Shown here piece by piece: positions 56,378 through 64,000 of a DNA stretch of 64,000 nt. The notes beneath the pieces are model-generated. The model was given only the letters and a program-made list of their open reading frames with translations. It was not told the origin of the DNA and made no database searches. The translations under genes were made by a program, and so were the position numbers. The stretch comes from Chrysomallon squamiferum. Taxonomy: Eukaryota; Animalia; Mollusca. The stretch is taken from the NCBI GenBank assembly GCA_012295275.1, contig CM022673.1:9300001-9364000 (forward strand), given 5' to 3'. Position 1 is the stretch's first letter. Each line of letters starts with the position of its first letter.

Positions 56378-56731
56378 CCTCTACATAATAATTCACTTAA
56401 ATGATTACAACAATTAATTACTTTAATACGACTGATTTAATTATTATAATAACTAAACACTATTAGTGTTGCTAATAATTACGGATAGCCGTAGAAGACG
56501 TGAAGAAGACAAAAAAAAAAAAAAAAAAAAATGAGATTTCATTTTCAACGACCCAGTCTAGCTAGAGGCAAAATGTATCCTAGTCACAAACTTGGCAGTA
56601 AATTGGTCATTATCAAATTTACCAGTAATAATTTTTATTTCTTTTACCAGAGATCATTTTTGAGCTGGGCCCCGAGGAAACGACTTGGCAATTGAATCGT
56701 CTGCTGCGAAAAAACCGTAAAACTATTATTT

Positions 56732-56762
<31 letters not shown>

Positions 56763-57309
56763 TCTGTAGTAAAATTATTTTCTCAGTTAAATGTCAAACC
56801 GAAAAATAAATTATTATGTCCAAATCCTTTTTTATTTTTATTTTTTTTTTTTTATTTTTTTTTTTTTTTATGTTTCAAAATTAAAAGATTTTTAGTATGA
56901 GGATCAAATTTTTTTTTTTTTTTTTTTTTGTTTGTCTTAGAAATGGCTAAAAATGTAATACTTTTTAAAAAAAAAAAAAAAATATCGTATTTTTGGCCGA
57001 CCATTTCTTCAGAAGTATTACGGCATATATTATCATGTTCATTCCCTTGTGAAAGACATAATTTTTCGCTAGAATGAAACTTACACCACATTAACTTGTC
57101 TAATCTGACGAGAACTGCAAGCCCAACCGTCGTATTATAGACTTTAGACACAGCGGTCACGTGGACACCTTACTGCCGTAAATGGTTCTGGCGGTGTCGT
57201 TAAACAACGTTGATTTCCGGACGAACTTTCGATATCCATTATTTGATACGTAATACGTGCAGTCGATAGTTCACCGAGTGCACGGAATCTACCCTGTAAG
57301 AAAAAAAAG

Positions 57310-57342
<33 letters not shown>

Positions 57343-57496
57343 GTAATCGAAGACTTGAATTTCACACTGGAGTGTTTTAAGTTCGCGTAATAAGAAAATG
57401 GATAGCTAGGGATCATGTTGTAATGTATGTACGCGTTCTTCGGAGAAGGGAGGTAACGTTTTTAGTCTCTCCGATATTACGCACGGGTTGCGAATA

Positions 57497-57515
57497 GGGC
57501 GGGGACGAGGGAGGG
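57497..57515 (+). other. Canonical G-quadruplex motif / GC box
   Basis: gggcggggacgagggaggg: four G-runs of at least 3 with loops of 1, 4 and 1 nt. Confidence 0.55.
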
Positions 57516-58163
57516 AGTTCTGTGACAGACGATATCTGCCAGAGTGTACAGATGACACGGGCAGATCTGTCACGGCTCTAACTGACAATTTATGGCCAAG
57601 TTTGTTTACAACGTTGGAAAAACTTATGGTCGTCCGCAATTTGGAACAAGGAAGGCAATGAGGAAAACAACAGAGGGGGAGGGTAAAGGAGACCCGTTCT
57701 GAACAGTTCATGAGTATTATTACAAAGAGTTAATGAATGTATCTTTAATAACAACACAGTGAATCATAGAAACAATATTACACTGGATTTGATCGCCATA
57801 TTGGTAGTGACGATATTTGATATACACCGTTATCCGAAAAGGAATATAATAAATGTATTTTTTTTTACATCCCAGTGTTAACTAATTATCTACATGTTGC
57901 AAACATTATTACTTAACATTATTAGATAACTAATTTATTCAGTTATATTTAGTTGTATGCGAACATTGGTAAAGTGACTAGTTATATAATGAACACAATT
58001 TTATATAATGAAAGTGTTTAGCAAATGATGAAAATTATATATGTTATATCAGAAACTGATCGTTATAATTCTTATCAGATTCTAGATCTGATTTAAGATT
58101 CAGTGAGAGAACAAGATCTGCTTGAAAAAAGTATCAAAATTTGTTATTTTAAAAAAAAAATAA

Positions 58164-58167
<4 letters not shown>

Positions 58168-58226
<59 letters not shown>
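58168..58226. repeat. (TTA)n microsatellite
   Basis: Direct observation. Confidence 0.96.
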
Positions 58227-58355
58227 GTAACATCATTTTCAGATGTAATACAAATATTTTCTTTGAAGTTATGTCAAAATATTTCTCTAAATATTTCGCA
58301 TTCGTATGATGACTAGGTACAAATTTTATTACCTAATACCAAATTTTATCATTTG

Positions 58356-58386
<31 letters not shown>

Positions 58387-58599
58387 TAAAAATAGACTGT
58401 GTTTTCCATCTACACGCTAACAAATGATTTCAAAACAGTGTGCACCCAACGACATTTCAAGATGAAGAAGAAAAATAACTAAAACACACTTTGAAGATAA
58501 TCGAATTTTATTAATGAATATTACGGCATATATTTTTTTTTTTTTTTTTTTTTTTTTGCACACACCAAAGTGAGTTCTTATTATGCAATTACAAGGCAA

Positions 58600-59305
58600 C
58601 TTTTAAGTGCATTGGCAGCTTAGACCACGGCTTTCTTGCTGATCTGCTGGGAGATAATGAGCATGCGCAGAGGTATAACCTGTCATTAAATGCATTCCTG
58701 TCACACGTGGCTTCTTCTACAATTTCGCTCAGGATCTCAAAGCAAATTGCCATTGGACAGGTGATCTTTGTCTAAAGCCTTGCGTGCTACGAAGACATTG
58801 GCAGGCCCAGTCTCGGGCTGTCACTGCTGGGCCCGGTATTCCGCGGGAGTTCTGCGCATGAGCGATCAGATCATATCGCCGAATTACCTCGAGAGAACTT
58901 GGGGGAAACACTACACCAGGGTCTGCTGTCCAATATTACGCTGCATTTACCGAGGGGGTGGATTCTTGCCCGGAAAGCGACGAATGCCGACGGAGCACCA
59001 GTCGTGTCACGAACGATCTACCCGTGACGCAGATGCCATTTATTTATGGAGTTCCGGTTGTCTGTTTCCAGGATTGGGTAACGTCGCGTACAATTATAAT
59101 TGTGCAGATTCTCTGTAAACAGAGAGTTCCGAAATTGTTAGTCGGGTGGAAGGTCACAGCATGCTAGTGCAGAGTCAGTGGTAACCCACCCATCGGGTAA
59201 ACATCTGCTTTGCTGTGGGTATGGCATGATACGACATGAGTCAGTGTGCCCACACGATCACACTGGAGGGTGGACGTCGAAGCACGCCTGTCGTGGGGGA
59301 TCTTT
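58600..59305. promoter_or_regulatory. GC/CpG-rich non-repetitive island, putative cis-regulatory element
   Basis: Sharp compositional contrast with its flanks; gcatgcgca, tgcgcatg, cacgtg, several tgtca and tgagtca. ORFs are short and not recognisable. Confidence 0.35.
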
Positions 59306-59380
59306 AAAAAATATCTGCACACTTACATTCTGTGCACACGCCTACACCCTCACGCATATGCACACACACATATATATATA

Positions 59381-59422
<42 letters not shown>

Positions 59423-60027
59423 ACATATTTATATATATACATATGTATACAAACACTCATAAATATAAAATAAATATTAATGTCATGATACTAATATTGA
59501 TTAGATAATAGGTTTGCTTTATCCTACACGGAATTACCCTTCAGTTACACTCTCTTGGACTGTTTGCAGATTAATGGTTAATATCTATCTATATATATAT
59601 ATATATGACTTAGAAAAGAATCTATTCCGTGAGCAAGACAGATTATGGCAGGAACGGGAAATATGTCTGCAGGAAGGATAGCACAAGTTTATTTTTATTT
59701 TTATTTTTTTTTACTTTCGTCAAATTTTTATATTAACTGGTATTGGCTTGTCAATAGATATTAGGACTCATCTATTCATTCATTATTTTATATCTTTGTG
59801 TATATTTATTTATCAGTATTATTTATGGATTTAATGAATGAATGTACCACATTTCTCACGAAAAAATCATCTCGTTGTATGATGACCTTATAATTATTTA
59901 TATGCAGATAATATTGATTTATTTTATATTTATTCATTTATTAAATCATTTATTACTACATTTAAATAGTACATCTATTAAAATACAAGAAAAACATCTT
60001 CTACTGATACTATTACTACTAATAATA

Positions 60028-60131
<104 letters not shown>

Positions 60132-60310
60132 AAACATCAGAGGACGGAAAAATTAATTAAAAGTTAGAGCTTTTAAAATATCTTAGTACCCGCTACCATA
60201 TACAAATATGTTCACACAAATTTCTAACAAACAAAAAAATAAAAAAAATAAAAATAAAACTAAAAATAATTAAAAAAAACAAGTAAAAAAAAAACAATAT
60301 TTTAATTAAA

Positions 60311-60522
60311 ATTTGTTTACGTCAAGGACTTTATTAATGTTCAGTGTTATTGGATGTCAGATATTCGTTGTTTATGACGGTCTTTAATGTACGACTTCCA
60401 ACAAACAGAAAAGCATATAATATTTTTTATACAGTCTTAAAGATCTGGCTATTGTAAGGGACCGATCCTACAATCTGTCGGACGAAAGCAAACATTCTAA
60501 CTACTAAGCTACAAACAGCTCT
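60311..60522 (-). mobile_element. Decayed, internally deleted tRNA-derived SINE
   Basis: Minus strand starts gagctgtttgtagcttagtagttagaatg (A-box-like), then gattgtaggatcggtccc (B-box-like), ttttctgtttgttggaagt and tail ctgacatccaataacactgaacattaataaa. Confidence 0.6.
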
Positions 60523-60739
60523 CTCTCTCTCCCCCCACCCACCCCACGCCAGTAATAATGAATACAATTACTGGCATTCCATAAAATATGTCCAAATCTT
60601 AAACTGGCTAGAGAGAAAGAAAAAAAACACAATAACAATAATAGAGAAGTAAAAAAGCAATTTCTGAAATCTGGAAAATGTTACGTCCTCCGCGCTTCTT
60701 ATTAGAACCAATTATAAAAATCAAAATGAAGAAGTGAGA

Positions 60740-61980
60740 ACAATGCAGGGAAGAATCGGGTCCGTTTTATGACGAGCATTTGAAATTTTTGTTTCAGAGA
60801 GCTAAAGAAGGAGCGAGGTGACTTCTAAAGAACAATTGAAACCGTCTGACCATCGTTATCAAATGTTTAATCAGCGACAACGCATCCCGAAGGCTCGTAT
60901 ACGTTTTGAGTATTGTTTAAAAGCAACATCAATAATCTCCTGCGCGGGAGTCTAAATTTAATGTGAGCGAATAAAATACAACCAAACGAACTCTTTTATA
61001 GTTTTTCATTTCTGGCGCTGGTTGTCAGACACTGTGACAGACCACTAACTTTTGTGTCCAATTTGGCCCCCCAATTATTGAGCAGGCTTGTAAAAAGCTG
61101 GACGCATTTCCAAGATGTATTTTCATTAAAGCGAGAGATCACTAAAAAACCATAAAACCCGAGCTAATAAAATTCCTGGCTGCAGTGGTATCTATTGAAA
61201 TTCAGTGACAGCTTCTGCTGGCCGCGTTGACGAACGGCGCTGGTGGCCACCACTGCTGCTGCTACTCGTTAAGATTAAGAACGGCTCGAAAACGCCGGGC
61301 CGAGACATCTCGTTCCCGTGTATTACTCGACTCGAAATCGTGTTAACAAATGTCCTTACATGCCAGTCCGAGTTTTTCAATTTACATCACTTTCTCGCGG
61401 AAGTCATCGATGCGTGCGGAGCGCCTGACATTCGGTTAGAAAAGAGCCATTGAATATCGCAATAAAACGTCATTTCATCAACTTTACACTCCACTGCCAA
61501 TCGGCAAGTAGATTTCTATAAATTTGATGTATCGGCCTATTTTTCAGTGAGGGGAAAAGACGGGGCCCCGATTTATTGGAAGTGAAAACTCGTCTGAGAT
61601 TTGCCTCCTGTCGCACGGCAAGGACGTTCGCCGGCTTTTTTGTTTTATTAGATTTCAGCGTCAAGGTTGCACGTCTCTGCGGAAGACATGTTAGAGCAGT
61701 TGTACGAATCATCCATTTATAATATTGTCTTTCATTTTCCCTTTTGAATACCAGTCACCGTTGGAAAAGTTCTTTAATTTCCCCAGTACTTTTTGCGCTG
61801 GCCCGTTATTGAATTACGTCGCGGGCTATCTTCACCCCTCCGTCTCTTCGGAATCACTGATCTGATTAATCGCAACTGAGCCTTCCACTGGGGTCTAAAC
61901 TTTGTTCTTTCCTTGTCCAACTTACTCAAATCAGTTGGCTTCACAGTCGTTTCAGAAGTTGCAAGGTTGTAATGAGATTA
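60740..61980. promoter_or_regulatory. ~1.2-kb CpG-rich non-repetitive island, putative cis-regulatory region
   Basis: Free of microsatellites, CpG-dense, bounded by A-tracts; no convincing ORF. Confidence 0.35.
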
Positions 61981-61989
61981 TTGTGGGTT

Positions 61990-62021
<32 letters not shown>

Positions 62022-62670
62022 CATTATTGTTATTATTATTATTATTTAAATATTTCAGTTTATTTTTTTTTTTGAAAAGAACCATCAAGTCATATAACCA
62101 TTTCGAAAAGTTATGTTCGTGTATCATCGCTCAAGACAGGTTTAATTCATTGCTTGATTTATGGCCAGTTCTTAAAAGGTTATTACACGAAATTTTGTCA
62201 TGGGTTATGTTCAAGAATTATTTTATCGCCGGCTTTATATTCTCTCTTTCCTTGGTTCACTGTTTTTCTTTGACCTTGAGCGCCAAGTTACTCTCACAAC
62301 ATTAATTATTTATCGTTCCTAACGTTAAACTCCATATACGACTCTTTGTATTTCAGACTGAAGCAGTTACTCGCGAGGCTATGATCCAATATTGCACGGT
62401 AATTAATTTACCCTTCCCGTTTAGACGTAATAATTAAAATTGTATTACGTCCTGAATATCAGAAATCACAAAACTACACATGTAATTATTTTTTAAAAAT
62501 GCCAAATATTGCTTTTAAATCATAGAAATAACAAATTCTCTGGATAATTGATATTTCTTCAAATAAAGTCGACCATTTGATGTCTGCTTAAGTTCGCTAA
62601 AGTTTCAAGTACTTGTGTTTTATTTAACCATACATTTTTTTTTTTTGTTTTATTTTATTTCATTTTATTT

Positions 62671-62723
<53 letters not shown>

Positions 62724-62754
62724 TTTAATTAATTTATTTACTTATTTATTTTAT

Positions 62755-63043
62755 TTTAGTTTAGTTTAGTTTTAGTTTTAGTTTTTTGTTATGCAGTTTT
62801 GTACCTATTGTCAAAAACAACCCATACTGCAAGAAAGGAAACCCGCAGCTGCCAAACATCTGACTATTCTTTTTCAGTTAGCATTAAGAGATGTTCTGTT
62901 TATATATATATACCTTCTCATAGACAGGGAAAAACACACCAGTACATCTGTAAATACTGCCTGGGACACGAAATGACGCCGAGAAGAATCGATCCCTCTA
63001 ACCATCGTGCTTGAATAACAACTGAGCTTGAAGTCCTCGTTCC
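62755..63043 (-). mobile_element. Near full-length decayed tRNA-derived SINE with Meta/MESC-like central domain
   Basis: Minus strand: ggaacgaggacttcaagctcagttg (A-box), gggatcgattc (B-box), ccctgtctatgagaagg...taatgctaactgaaaaagaatagtc...ggcagctgcgggtttcctttct (central domain as recalled for molluscan SINEs), then an (AAACT)n tail. Confidence 0.65.
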
Positions 63044-64000
63044 ATTCGTCATTTAAGCCGGTACAAAATGACAGTTTTGTTTGTTTTGAAATATTTTTAT
63101 GTGAGACTTGAACAAGAAAAGATAAAAACAGAAGAAAAACAAAAAGTGTTTTGTTTATTTTTGTATTCAGCATTGCTAAGTAGTTGGCTAAACAGCCCGA
63201 GGTCAGTTTCGTAACCTTGACTTTTTAAAGCTGTCGTTTTTTAGTTTGTTTTGTTCTGTTGATGGAATGGAAAAATAAATAAAATATATATGAAAACTAC
63301 GTTTCAAGAATAAATATGATATAATGAATCTTGTATAAAAGAACTGAAGTCATTTAAATGTTTTTTTTTTTTTTTTTTTTTTTGTAAATCGTTGGGGAAA
63401 TGTTTTGTTGTTTTTATTGTTCCTGCTGTTCTGTGGCGTTTTTTTTTTTGTTTTTTTTTTTTTTTTTTTTTTTTTTTTCTTTTCCAGGTTTTGTGATTTG
63501 TTTGATCGTTTGTTTGTTTGTTTGTTTTGTTTTTTGTTTTTAATTTTTAAATATATGGGGTTTTGGGAGGTTTATTGTTATTGTTTTGTTTTTTTTTTTT
63601 TTTTTTTTTTTTTGTTTTTTTTTTAAATTAGGACAACAGGAATAGGTTTACTACTGTGAAAAAATACATTTATCTGAAATATTTTTTCTCTCACACACAT
63701 TTGTACAAGAGTCTGCAATGTTCGATAAAAAAAATAATAATAATAATAAATAAAATTCTGGCATGCACCTTTCCTTTTGTTCTGTTCTGTTTGAGTTATT
63801 CACATTTTACTTAGTTATTTGTCTTCAGGACAGCATAATTACAATAACTTTTAAATTTTACAAAATTTGATTTGAAAGAAGCATGATAGATTTAACACAA
63901 GGACCCAAATTAATATCGATATCACAATAATCCAACAACAACAAAGTTTTTTTTTTTTTTTTTTTTTTAAATGTTTTGAAAAAGTATCTTTATTTCAAAC

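Noticed and set aside
57289-57300. miR-10 start (taccctgta)
   Set aside because: The match ends after 9 nt and runs into poly-A; no hairpin.

Overview
This is a very AT-rich, microsatellite-saturated stretch of animal genomic DNA. Decayed tRNA-derived SINEs resembling molluscan Meta/MESC-type SINEs (recognised from memory, not by search) suggest a mollusc. No recognisable protein-coding gene, rRNA, intact tRNA or CRISPR array is supported, and nearly all listed ORFs are translations of simple repeats. The window looks like a gene desert or very long intron. It contains a ~1 kb 35-bp minisatellite, several decayed tandem repeats and about five old SINE copies. It also has CpG-rich islands (~12.8-13.3, 15.2-17.1, 35.7-36.1, 57.1-57.7, 58.6-59.3, 60.7-62.0 kb) carrying promoter/enhancer-like motifs and a few candidate small exons. 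The most speculative leads are: (i) the minisatellite's minus strand is an array of perfect miR-279 8mer sites; (ii) a TATA/Inr/YY1/splice-donor unit at 12.8-13.05 kb; (iii) a Pbx-Hox/Sox motif cluster; (iv) a tandem E-box with a 6-bp spacer; (v) an orphan hairpin. I cannot demonstrate a novel system from sequence alone.
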